Below, one piece after another: positions 9,765-18,973 of a stretch of DNA of 64,000 bases. The position numbers and the translations under genes were made by a program. Every line of letters starts with the position of its first letter. The stretch's first letter is position 1. The stretch lies in the sequence record SRR22947725_333. One strand, written 5' to 3'. The notes below the pieces were generated by a model. It ran no database searches. It was not told the DNA's origin and was given only the letters and a program-made list of their open reading frames with translations.

Positions 9765-10945
9765 GAATATTATTCGTCCACGAGGTCAACTATGAGACCA
9801 AGCCGATTTTTGAAATGCATGAATTTCCAGAGCTGCTTGCCAAGGCAGGACACACGATTGGCTTTGTGCAGTTTCCCGAAGGACGACCCAGCTCACTAGG
9901 GTCTTGGCTTTGCAAAGAAAAAGAGCTTAACGGGAGGGTAATTTCGGAGTCCGTCATAAACCTGTATACACCTGGCCATGTCTCAGGCAACTTTTTGGGA
10001 CGACTTGTTTACGCCTGCACAGTAATTTTTTCAATGGCTAAAATTTTCCGTCGATTTTGTCCTGACTTGATCGTTTGCTACTCAGTCCCCACTTCTGGAT
10101 GGCAGACGGTTGCCCTGGCAAAACGTCTGGGAATACCCGTGGTTTTTAGAGCAATCGATCACCCACGGCTCATTCGCAAAACAGCTTTTGGTTTACTGAT
10201 TTCTTTGTCGGAGCGTTACATCTACCGCAAAGTAGATTGGATTTCCGCCAATAACTCCGCCATTGCAAACTACTGCGGGAGCATGGGGGGGGATAAGGAC
10301 AGAATTTCAATAGATTTGCCCCCGCTAGACCTTGACTTTTTTGGGCAGTCAGACCCGCAAGCGGATTGCGTCTTATGGCCAAATTTGCCTCCAAAAGCGC
10401 GGGTCACGGTCTTCCTGGGAACGTTTTTTCATTTTGCAGGGGTTGAGAAACTAATCTGGAGCTTTTCCGCTCATGCCAAAGACAATGAGTATCTTGTGTT
10501 GATTGGAGATGGAATCAGCCGTGGCAGATGCCAAAGGCTCGTTGAGGAACTGGGACTAGAAAATAAGGTTTTTTTCACTGGGCTTGTCAAGTATGAGGAT
10601 TTACCTTGGATTCTTTCTCAAGCGGCGATAGCTGTGAACTCTATGGCACCGAGTGCCGCAACGCACAATGCTCTTCCAAACAAAGTTCTCCAGTATTTAG
10701 CCTCGGGCTTGCCCACAGTCTCAACAAGACTGGAAGGCTTGGCGTTGACTTTCCCGAATTCTCCTCACATTTTGTTTACCCATGAAGAGAGTGACGTCTA
10801 CTTTGAGGTACGGAAATTGCTGGACAAGAACAAATTACCCTCTCGAAAGGAAGTGCGTGATTGGGTCTCAGAGTTCTTCCCCGATGGTTACTCTGCAGCC
10901 AACTTAGAGAGCCTTTGTAATCGGGTGCTCGATAATGCGGCCTAA
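9761..10945 (+). CDS. GT4 glycosyltransferase
   Basis: MRILFV start, LIGDG, PNKVLQYLASGLPTVST (GT-B, Ex7E-equivalent region). Confidence 0.85.
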   Translation: MRILFVHEVNYETKPIFEMHEFPELLAKAGHTIGFVQFPEGRPSSLGSWLCKEKELNGRVISESVINLYTPGHVSGNFLGRLVYACTVIFSMAKIFRRFCPDLIVCYSVPTSGWQTVALAKRLGIPVVFRAIDHPRLIRKTAFGLLISLSERYIYRKVDWISANNSAIANYCGSMGGDKDRISIDLPPLDLDFFGQSDPQADCVLWPNLPPKARVTVFLGTFFHFAGVEKLIWSFSAHAKDNEYLVLIGDGISRGRCQRLVEELGLENKVFFTGLVKYEDLPWILSQAAIAVNSMAPSAATHNALPNKVLQYLASGLPTVSTRLEGLALTFPNSPHILFTHEESDVYFEVRKLLDKNKLPSRKEVRDWVSEFFPDGYSAANLESLCNRVLDNAA

Positions 10946-11834
10946 TTTAAGTCGAGTGGTGGTCCTAGGTGCTACCGGCATGCTCGGCTCAGAGGTGAGC
11001 AGAGCCTGCCTAAGCTCCGGGCTTCCGACTCTGGAAATTAGTCGAGGGTCTGGGCACATTTTCGATGCCACAGTAGACAGTTTTGCAAGTCTTGTAAAAG
11101 ACCTCGAGCTGAACGAAAGTGATTATGTAGTGAATTGTATCGGCTGGATTCCCCAGAAATCTTCAGGAGATAAGGCCGCCGATGCCCTTGCAGCGAACGC
11201 TCTAAACAACAACCTCATGCATCAGATATCTGATGCTCAAGCGAAAGCGAAATTTGCCTGGATTCAAATCGGCACTGATTGCGTATTCAGCCCGTATTCA
11301 TCGACCTGTCATGAGGGGAGCCCTAAGAATGCGCAAGATGTTTATGGAAATTCAAAGATCTTGGGAGAGAGGTATGTTTCCAATGCCATCTTTGTAAGAT
11401 GTTCAATTGTAGGGCCAGACGAGAAGTGCTCTGCCGGCCTATACTCGTGGTTCAAGCACCTGCCCCCAGGCTCGCGAGTCAAAGGCTTCGCTTCAGTTCA
11501 GTGGAACGGTGTGTCGACGACTGCATTTGCGAGACTGGTTGTTGGGTTAGTAGATTCCAACTGGAGACAGCCGATTTTTCAGCATTGGATTCCAAGAGGC
11601 TCACTATCAAAATTTGAGTTGTTGAACCTCTTCAAGTCTGGACTCGGAAGGGTTGACGTGGAGATTGAAGAGGCCAGCTTACACGTTTCAAGGCGGATTT
11701 TGGGCACTAACAATGACAGCAGAAACTCCGAACTTTGGAGGTTGGCAGGCTACCCTGATATTCCTCAAATTGAGGAGCTAATCAATGAGGTTCTCAGTGC
11801 GGATTATGAAAGGAAACAAACCCGTGGCTCTTGA
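10935..11834 (+). CDS. RmlD-like NAD(P)-dependent nucleotide-sugar 4-reductase
   Basis: LGATGMLG, VVNCIG, IGTDCVF, YGNSKILGE. Confidence 0.85.
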   Translation: MRPNLSRVVVLGATGMLGSEVSRACLSSGLPTLEISRGSGHIFDATVDSFASLVKDLELNESDYVVNCIGWIPQKSSGDKAADALAANALNNNLMHQISDAQAKAKFAWIQIGTDCVFSPYSSTCHEGSPKNAQDVYGNSKILGERYVSNAIFVRCSIVGPDEKCSAGLYSWFKHLPPGSRVKGFASVQWNGVSTTAFARLVVGLVDSNWRQPIFQHWIPRGSLSKFELLNLFKSGLGRVDVEIEEASLHVSRRILGTNNDSRNSELWRLAGYPDIPQIEELINEVLSADYERKQTRGS

Positions 11835-11921
11835 CGCATCAAGCCCTTTAGAGTTTCGGACTAATGAAACCCTAGAAGCACCACGATTAGGCATTGGCCA
11901 AGGTTAGAAAGGAAGTTTCGA

Positions 11922-12944
11922 GTGAATCGGAAAATTGAAGGCTCCATCGCGGTAATCACAGGTGGCACGGGATCCTTCGGATCCAACATGGCTCGACATT
12001 TGTTGAGTCGAGGGGTTGCGGAAGTAAGAATATTTAGTCGAGATGAGGCCAAGCAGGACAACATGCGACACGAGATTGTCGATGAGAGGATTCGATTCTT
12101 CATTGGTGATACTCGGGATGCTGATTCAGTTTCCAGAGTTGTGAGAGGGTCCAATCTGATTTTTCATGCGGCGGCCCTAAAGCAAGTTCCATCTGCCGAG
12201 TTTTTCCCTCTAGAGGCCGTGAAAACTAACATCAATGGGTCAGCTAATGTTCTCCGATCTGCGATAGATCATGATGTCCAGTCTGTCGTGTGCCTAAGCA
12301 CTGATAAAGCTGTCTATCCAATTAACGCCATGGGCATGTCAAAAGCACTTATGGAGAAAACGGCTCAAGCGTTTGCTCGTGATTACCAGGACACCAACAC
12401 TTCAATAGCCGTAACTAGGTACGGAAACGTGATTTATTCCCGTGGTTCTGTTATTCCTCTCTTCATTTCACAAATCAAGTCTGGACGACCTTTGACTGTT
12501 ACGGAATCAACAATGACGAGGTTTCTGATGTCTTTAGCCGACTCGGTTGCGCTCGTTGAGTATGCATTTCTTCATTCCCAGACCGGTGATCTTTTCGTCA
12601 GGAAATCCCCAGCTGCAACCATTGAAACTCTTGCCTCAGCTCTTATCGAATTGTTTGGCGGAAGTGAAGAGCAGATTCAAACAATCGGCGTTCGGCACGG
12701 TGAAAAGCTCTACGAGTCATTACTCAGTTCAGAGGAACGCACGAAGGCATCGGATTTAGGCGATTACTTTCGTGTTCCGCTGGATGCTCGAGATTTGAAC
12801 TACTCACTATATTTTGAAAAAGGCCAACCGCGCCTAGATCTTGTTGAATCTTATACTTCTCACAGTGCGGACCGACTGAGTATTGAAGGCGTCAAGGAGC
12901 TTTTGCTGACTATCCCAGAAGTCGTTCAGGAGCTAGACGGGTGA
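11922..12944 (+). CDS. fnlA: UDP-GlcNAc 4,6-dehydratase/5-epimerase (FnlA/WbjB/CapE family)
   Basis: TGGTGSFG, FSRDEAKQ, HAAALKQVP, STDKAVYPINAMGMSK, RYGNVIYSRGSVIP, RHGEKLYE. Confidence 0.88.
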   Translation: MNRKIEGSIAVITGGTGSFGSNMARHLLSRGVAEVRIFSRDEAKQDNMRHEIVDERIRFFIGDTRDADSVSRVVRGSNLIFHAAALKQVPSAEFFPLEAVKTNINGSANVLRSAIDHDVQSVVCLSTDKAVYPINAMGMSKALMEKTAQAFARDYQDTNTSIAVTRYGNVIYSRGSVIPLFISQIKSGRPLTVTESTMTRFLMSLADSVALVEYAFLHSQTGDLFVRKSPAATIETLASALIELFGGSEEQIQTIGVRHGEKLYESLLSSEERTKASDLGDYFRVPLDARDLNYSLYFEKGQPRLDLVESYTSHSADRLSIEGVKELLLTIPEVVQELDG

Positions 12945-14071
12945 GCAAACTGAAGGTAGTTACGTTCGTCGGAACAAGGCCTGAGATAATTAGGCTTTCG
13001 GCCTTGCTTCCCAAGCTTGACATTCACACCTCTCACACCTTCGTTCATACCGGACAAAACAGTGCCCCAATGCTCAATGATGTCTTTTTTCGAGACTTGG
13101 ATCTGAGAGAGCCAGATCGTCACCTAAATGTGGATGTTACTTCCCTAGGGACTGCATTGGGAGAGACTCTAAGCAGGGCGGAGCAGGTTCTCATTGATGT
13201 GCAACCAGATGCTGTGGTGGTTTTAGGAGACACGAACTCCTCTATTGCATCGATAGTTGCGGAGAGAATGCACATACCCGTCTATCACTTGGAAGCTGGC
13301 AACAGATCGTTTGACAGTAATGTTCCAGAGGAATTGAACCGCAAGCTCGTGGACCATATTGCAAGTTTTAACCTTCCATACACTGAGCGTGCAAGACAAA
13401 ATTTACTGAGCGAAGGGCTTCATCCGCGACGCATTCAGAAGACTGGATCACCCATTCCAGAGATTTATAAAAAGTTTGCAGACAAAATAAAGTCTTCGAA
13501 AATTCTTGAAGAATTAGAGCTACAGAGCGATTCCTACATACTGGTGAGTGTCCATCGGCAGGAAAATGTGGACTCACCTGAACGACTTTCAGCTGTGTTA
13601 GCTTGTCTCCGAGCTGTTGCTGATCACTGGTCCCTACCTATCCTAGTTTCCACTCACCCTCGAACCAAAAGTCGGCTTGCCAAGCTATTAGATGCCGACT
13701 TGAGGGGTATCAACTTCCACGAACCATTTGGTTATCTTGATTACAACAAGCTTCAGATGGAATCATTTTGCACCATCTCGGACTCAGGAACCATTAGTGA
13801 GGAGGCATCAGTAATGGGATTTCTCGCTGTGAGTTTGAGAGATTCGATTGAGAGACCTGAATCTCTGGAAACGGGCTCCGTTCTTCTAACGGGATTGGAC
13901 CCCGCAAACCTAATTGAATCCATAAGTTTGCTTCGCTCTAATGGTCTTGTAGATTCCTTGCCTGAAGGATACGAAGTCACTGATTTTTCTGAACGAGTAC
14001 TAAGGTTCATATTTTCGACAGCGAGGCTGCATCGAAAGTGGGATAACTTGCACGGAAAGACGCTGATTTAA
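12941..14071 (+). CDS. fnlC: Non-hydrolysing UDP-HexNAc 2-epimerase (FnlC/WbjD/CapG family)
   Basis: VGTRPEIIRLS, HTGQN, GDTNS, HLEAGNRSFD..VPEELNRK, SDSGTISEE; GTGA-coupled to fnlA. Confidence 0.85.
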   Translation: MSKLKVVTFVGTRPEIIRLSALLPKLDIHTSHTFVHTGQNSAPMLNDVFFRDLDLREPDRHLNVDVTSLGTALGETLSRAEQVLIDVQPDAVVVLGDTNSSIASIVAERMHIPVYHLEAGNRSFDSNVPEELNRKLVDHIASFNLPYTERARQNLLSEGLHPRRIQKTGSPIPEIYKKFADKIKSSKILEELELQSDSYILVSVHRQENVDSPERLSAVLACLRAVADHWSLPILVSTHPRTKSRLAKLLDADLRGINFHEPFGYLDYNKLQMESFCTISDSGTISEEASVMGFLAVSLRDSIERPESLETGSVLLTGLDPANLIESISLLRSNGLVDSLPEGYEVTDFSERVLRFIFSTARLHRKWDNLHGKTLI

Positions 14072-14375
14072 GCACCGTTCACAGGAAAAGGTCTTCGGCC
14101 ATTCATCAATAATTTGGCTCGGTTATGACGCCTAACCCTATAGAATCCATCTTTGATGACGTTTTAAGCCCCTTCGTACGGCAACTCATGCGACACCTTT
14201 AATGAGGCGAAATCATCGGGCAAAGCGCGCCTCCGACCTGGTCAAGCCACGGGGCCTGACCATCTCGCACCTCAGAGAAGGTCAGCAACCAATTGAGAGT
14301 TGCTTCAATCGGCGGGCAATGAATTATCCCGTGATGGTCCCCTAGCACAGGCTACGATGCCAATCTCAATCCGGC

Positions 14376-15179
14376 CTATTGGTTGACAGCCCTACCCTTA
14401 CTTGGCACTGGTTCCCTGAGGGGATCGAGAGAGTATACAAACCTAACCAGCATCAGATAGAGGGACGCTATAGCATTCTCAAAAAGATTCCCAAAGGCTA
14501 TTCGTAGGTTGTGGGACTCCCTCAAAGCCGACAAACGGCCCGTTGAGGATAGGGAGGATGAATGCCACCTCCAGGCACTGACTGGTTCTTTGAATATTCC
14601 AATTTTTCCAAGTTGCCGTACTTTGTGAAAAAGGTCTTGGTCGAAAGAGTAGACGAGAGACTCGTCAAGGAACCCTATTCGCTCCAAAACTTGTGAACGA
14701 AGAATTGATCCTGGCTGAGGCAACTTGCTACCTTTGCAGTTCAGTAACGCCACATCCAAGTGTCTCGGCTTCATTTGTAGGAGTAAATTCCCGTCCCCAT
14801 CAACATAATCACAGAAACCCACTACAGCCAAGAGCTCATCATTCTGGTCCAGGAAGTCAAGAGCTCGCTTGAATCCGCTTGAAAACAAAATGTCATCGTC
14901 CCCAATCCAGCTCACGTATTTACAATTCTGCTCGCGAACCAGGCTTTTAAGACCTGCGTTGATGGCTCTTGCAGCACCACCCTCACCTTCATCAGGGAGA
15001 ACAAAATAGTTCAGGGCTTGGCAACTGATTGGGGGAATCCAGTTTTTTGGCGCCACAAAGCAAACTAAAGCTTCGACCTCGCGCAGGCTTTCTACGCAAA
15101 TCTCAAGATAGTCGGGGCGGAGCCCCAAGGTTGGAACGACAATGCCTAAACCCTCGTGCAAACTGCTAGTCTTCTCCAA
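14376..15179 (-). CDS. GT2 glycosyltransferase
   Basis: IVVPTLG, AINAG, WIGDDD, QPGSILR, GFLDESL..SFDQD. Confidence 0.8.
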   Translation of the reverse strand: MEKTSSLHEGLGIVVPTLGLRPDYLEICVESLREVEALVCFVAPKNWIPPISCQALNYFVLPDEGEGGAARAINAGLKSLVREQNCKYVSWIGDDDILFSSGFKRALDFLDQNDELLAVVGFCDYVDGDGNLLLQMKPRHLDVALLNCKGSKLPQPGSILRSQVLERIGFLDESLVYSFDQDLFHKVRQLGKIGIFKEPVSAWRWHSSSLSSTGRLSALRESHNLRIAFGNLFENAIASLYLMLVRFVYSLDPLREPVPSKGRAVNQ

Positions 15180-15234
15180 GAATTCCTCGTTCGTTAGGCT
15201 GGCCTTGACTTATATTATCCCTGAGAGCCGCAAA

Positions 15235-16518
15235 TTGAACCACCGAAAATACCGCGTAGTTGTCCTGGGTATGGGGTACGTCGGCCTTCCATTAGCAATG
15301 GAGTTTGCCAAAGTTAGGCCAACAATTGGTTTTGACATCGACGCTGCAAGGATAGATCAACTCCTCGCCGGATTCGACAAGACTGGAGGGTTTACTAAAG
15401 CCGAATTGATTAATAAGCGCGGATTACTTTTGACCTCAAAATTGGAAGATTTACTCGTAGGCGAACCCACTATTTATGTAGTCACTGTCCCAACACCTAT
15501 AGACAGTAATTTGCGTCCCGACCTTTCAAATCTAATTAGCGCGTGTCGAATTGTTGGCCAACGTCTAAAGGTGGGGGACATCGTTGTATTTGAGTCGACC
15601 GTCTATCCAGGCTGCACGGAAGAGGACTGTGTTCCCATCCTGCAGAAGGAGTCCGGACTCAGGTTCAATGAGGATTTTTATTGCGGCTACTCTCCGGAAA
15701 GGCTGAATCCAGGAGACCGTAGCCGGAGTGTGTCCACAATTACTAAGGTTGTGGCTGGTTCGACCCCGGAGGTGTTGGAATGCTTATCGAAACTCTACGG
15801 TGAGATTGTCAGTGCTGGGATACATGAAGCAGAGAACATAAGGATTGCAGAGGCTGCGAAAGTTATTGAGAACACACAACGAGACCTTAATGTGGCGCTG
15901 GTCAACGAATTGAGTTTAATTTTCGAGAAACTTGGCATTGACACAGAGAAGGTTTTGCAGGCTGCAGAAACGAAGTGGAATTTCATGTCCTTCCGCCCTG
16001 GACTAGTTGGTGGACATTGCATTGGTGTGGACCCGTACTACCTTACCCACAAGGCCCAAATGGTCGGTCACGTACCGCAAGTTATACTCGCAGGCCGCCG
16101 GGTGAACGACTCAATGCCTAAGGAAATTGCCCGGAGATTTGGTGATTCAATAAGCGAAAGAGGCACTAAGAACCAGCGGCCTCAGGTTTTAGTGCTCGGG
16201 ATCACCTTCAAAGAAAATGTTCCAGACCTGCGAAACTCGAAGGCAGCCGAGCTTGTCTCGGAGCTGGCACTCTTAGGCATGGACGTGACAGTTTGGGATC
16301 CTGTCGCACTCCCCAACGAAGCTTCCAAGCTCATTGGCTTTGAAATACATTCGTCTTTGCCAGGCGGAAAGTATGATGGGGTAATTGTGGCAGTCGGTCA
16401 CAACGAGTTCGTCGATATGGGGCATGAAATGGACTTCAGGAGTCTCCTCACGACTCGAGGGATCATCTTTGATTTGAAGTACATACTTGATGCAAAGGAT
16501 GTTGACCTTCGGCTGTGA
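15235..16518 (+). CDS. UDP-HexNAc 6-dehydrogenase (TviB/WbpO-like)
   Basis: GMGYVGLPLA, ESTVYPG, YSPERLNPG, AKVIENTQRDLN, GGHCIGVDPYY, GITFKENVPDLRNS; start moved to in-frame TTG at 15235 to avoid overlap with the divergent GT2. Confidence 0.9.
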   Translation: MNHRKYRVVVLGMGYVGLPLAMEFAKVRPTIGFDIDAARIDQLLAGFDKTGGFTKAELINKRGLLLTSKLEDLLVGEPTIYVVTVPTPIDSNLRPDLSNLISACRIVGQRLKVGDIVVFESTVYPGCTEEDCVPILQKESGLRFNEDFYCGYSPERLNPGDRSRSVSTITKVVAGSTPEVLECLSKLYGEIVSAGIHEAENIRIAEAAKVIENTQRDLNVALVNELSLIFEKLGIDTEKVLQAAETKWNFMSFRPGLVGGHCIGVDPYYLTHKAQMVGHVPQVILAGRRVNDSMPKEIARRFGDSISERGTKNQRPQVLVLGITFKENVPDLRNSKAAELVSELALLGMDVTVWDPVALPNEASKLIGFEIHSSLPGGKYDGVIVAVGHNEFVDMGHEMDFRSLLTTRGIIFDLKYILDAKDVDLRL

Positions 16519-16546
16519 TTTTCTGCTGCTGCATGCTTCTAGCCGC

Positions 16547-16575
16547 ATTGAATAGCACCACCACAACTATTCAAT
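16547..16575. repeat. Perfect 9-bp inverted repeat ATTGAATAG-N11-CTATTCAAT
   Basis: Read directly in the intergenic region between the dehydrogenase and the next GT4. Confidence 0.85.
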
Positions 16576-16615
16576 AAGACCGCTGCTAAACAAACTAACT
16601 CGCGAGGAAACCGGA

Positions 16616-17893
16616 ATGAAGATATTAGTTCCCACATCAATCCTTCCTAATAAAGGTTTGACAGTGAACGCGGCCCCAATTGTCTTGCGTGAATTAGTTC
16701 GGGAGATATCATCCCTTGGCCACAGTGTGACCGTCTTACCTGTTTTTTTTCATGGAGACTCAATAGATTTCTCTGAGGGAATGAACCAAGCGATGGATGA
16801 ACTCAAAATCGACGGGGTGATCTTCCTTTCGCCCTTAGTCTTGCCCCACCCTCCCTTCACAGGAGGCAGATACAGCAGGAACACTTCCGCAGCTCTGGTC
16901 AAAGAGCTGTTCTTGAGACCAGAATTCTTTCTGTACCCAGTCCTTCGAAATTGTGAGCAAATGCACTCGTATCTCGACCAACAAGATTTTGATGTTCTGT
17001 TGTCGCTTTGGAGCGAGCCCCTAGCTATGTTGTTAGCAAGATACCCCGCCCCGAAAATTGCATACTATGGCAATCCCGACCCTAAGAGTTTCCGAGCAAA
17101 TCTAAATTTTCTGCGTCGACAAGGTGGAAAGTTGTCCAGATTCTTAGTTGGGAAAGTTGTGCTTGCGAAGCTAGAAAAGAAGCACCTTAGCCTCATGCGT
17201 CGATGGGATGTGGTCGCAAATGTCGCCGCTAATGACGCCTCTTATTATTCCTCAGCCGGTCATCCGAGGAGCGTGTACGTGCCTAACACATGGGTGATGC
17301 CGAAATCCGAAGCGGGCTCCACTCTCCAAAGAAAACTCGAATCAACACCCGCGAAAATTATCGTAAGCGTGGGGAAACAGCATGGAACGGCAAACTCATT
17401 GGGCTTTGAGTATCTCATGAAGGTTTTACTGCCCGAGCTAAGACTTGTTTTCAATGACCTTAGATTTGAATTGCATGTCTTTGGAAGCGGCGAACCTCAT
17501 TCCGCCTTGGGGTCATTATGGAGTGAGCCGGAGGTTCTGCGACGGGGGTTTGTGGAAGATTTAGATTCGGAAATCGCGGGGGCGCATGCTTTCCTAATTT
17601 TGAACAATGCAACGGAATTCAATGTTTGCCATACCAGGTATGTTCATGCTTGGTCAGTCGGATCTTGTTTGGTAGGTCACACCAACGTTTCTAAGGCGAT
17701 GCCAGAGTTCCGACATGGTGAAAACTCGCTTCTAGGCGGTAATGCGAGAGAAATTGCTGAAATGTTGCGCCTTGCTTGTTTGGATCAGGACCTAGCGACT
17801 AGGGTTGCCAGGGGGGGGCGGCGGACATACGAGGATTTCTTCACTCCTCGGGTGGTTGCCGCTCAGCTGGACATGCTAATCAGAGAGATTTGA
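16616..17893 (+). CDS. GT4-like glycosyltransferase
   Basis: MKILV start, LHVFGSG, RGFVEDL, HGENSLLG, C-terminal GRRTYEDFFT; GAGGA SD. Confidence 0.7.
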   Translation: MKILVPTSILPNKGLTVNAAPIVLRELVREISSLGHSVTVLPVFFHGDSIDFSEGMNQAMDELKIDGVIFLSPLVLPHPPFTGGRYSRNTSAALVKELFLRPEFFLYPVLRNCEQMHSYLDQQDFDVLLSLWSEPLAMLLARYPAPKIAYYGNPDPKSFRANLNFLRRQGGKLSRFLVGKVVLAKLEKKHLSLMRRWDVVANVAANDASYYSSAGHPRSVYVPNTWVMPKSEAGSTLQRKLESTPAKIIVSVGKQHGTANSLGFEYLMKVLLPELRLVFNDLRFELHVFGSGEPHSALGSLWSEPEVLRRGFVEDLDSEIAGAHAFLILNNATEFNVCHTRYVHAWSVGSCLVGHTNVSKAMPEFRHGENSLLGGNAREIAEMLRLACLDQDLATRVARGGRRTYEDFFTPRVVAAQLDMLIREI

Positions 17894-17971
17894 TGGTTGG
17901 CATCTATTCTTGAGAGCCATCCACGCATTACCGCGCCTATGGATTTAAGGGAAGGATTGGAGGACAATCGG

Positions 17972-18973
17972 ATGACTGAAGTCGCGACTAAAATCATCGC
18001 AGAAATTGGATCTGTGCACGACGGGTCCTTCGGTAATGCGATAAAGGCTATCGAGCTTGCGGCCGAGGTTGGCGCTGACACCGTAAAATTCCAGACACAT
18101 TTGGCGAGTTTTGAAAGTACAGAGTCGGCTCCCTCGCCCAGGCATTTTGACGAGGAGCCGCGCTATGAATACTTTGAGAGGACAGGGTTTTCCGAGACTC
18201 AATGGAGAACGCTAAGGGAGGTAGCGGAAGAGAACCAAGTCGAGTTCATGTCCTCACCCTTTAGCACACAGGCCGTTGACCTTCTTGAAGGTATAGGTGC
18301 AAAGATTTATAAAGTCGCGTCAGGAGAAGTAACGAATATCCCTCTTCTTGAGCGTTTGGCCGCCACGGGGAAACCGATTCTACTTTCCACAGGTATGAGC
18401 ACGTGGGCTGAAATTGATGCTGCCGTAGAGATTCTGAACGGGGGACAACTTGTACTTATGCAATGCTCTTCGTTGTACCCTTGCGAACCGACAAATGTTG
18501 GCCTCAACGTTCTGGCGGAAATGCGTCATAGGTATGGCTCGAGTTTGACACTTGGGTTATCTGATCACACATCTGGCATGGCTGCAGCTGCAGCTGCAGC
18601 TGCTGTTGGAGCAACAGTGATTGAGAAGCATCTGACGTTCTCCAAGCGAATGTATGGAAGCGATGCGAGGTTCGCTTTAGAACCCGATCAATTCAATCTC
18701 TTTGTGAATACAGTTAGAGAAGTTTGGGAGATTATGGAACATCCAGTCGTCAAGGACGACGTGACGTTATATGCCGAAGCGAGGCAGGTTTTTCAGAAAA
18801 GTATCGTCGCGGCCAGAGATTTGGAAGCGGGTCAGCCCTTGACACTCCACGACATGGCTTTCAAGAAGCCAGGTGACGGAGTCTCACCGGGGAATTACCG
18901 GGAGTTCTTAGGCAGGCAGTTGTTGCGATCTAAAACTAAAGATGCCCCACTGACGTATGAGGACTTCCGATGA
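17972..18973 (+). CDS. neuB: N-acetylneuraminate/nonulosonate synthase (NeuB family) with C-terminal SAF domain
   Basis: IIAEIG, VKFQT, KVASGE, LSTGMS, GLSDHT, IEKHLT, FKKPGDGVSP; start moved to ATG 17972 after GGAGG. Confidence 0.9.
   Translation: MTEVATKIIAEIGSVHDGSFGNAIKAIELAAEVGADTVKFQTHLASFESTESAPSPRHFDEEPRYEYFERTGFSETQWRTLREVAEENQVEFMSSPFSTQAVDLLEGIGAKIYKVASGEVTNIPLLERLAATGKPILLSTGMSTWAEIDAAVEILNGGQLVLMQCSSLYPCEPTNVGLNVLAEMRHRYGSSLTLGLSDHTSGMAAAAAAAAVGATVIEKHLTFSKRMYGSDARFALEPDQFNLFVNTVREVWEIMEHPVVKDDVTLYAEARQVFQKSIVAARDLEAGQPLTLHDMAFKKPGDGVSPGNYREFLGRQLLRSKTKDAPLTYEDFR

Noticed and set aside
14072-14375. Possible small gene or ncRNA in the 300-bp gap
   Set aside because: No ORF of 60 aa or more in the track, the short frames I translated had no recognisable motif, and no strong stem pattern; kept only as a boundary marker
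18581-18604. GCTGCA tandem repeat in neuB (poly-Ala)
   Set aside because: In-frame hexamer in a normally Ala-rich NeuB helix; slippage would not shift the frame
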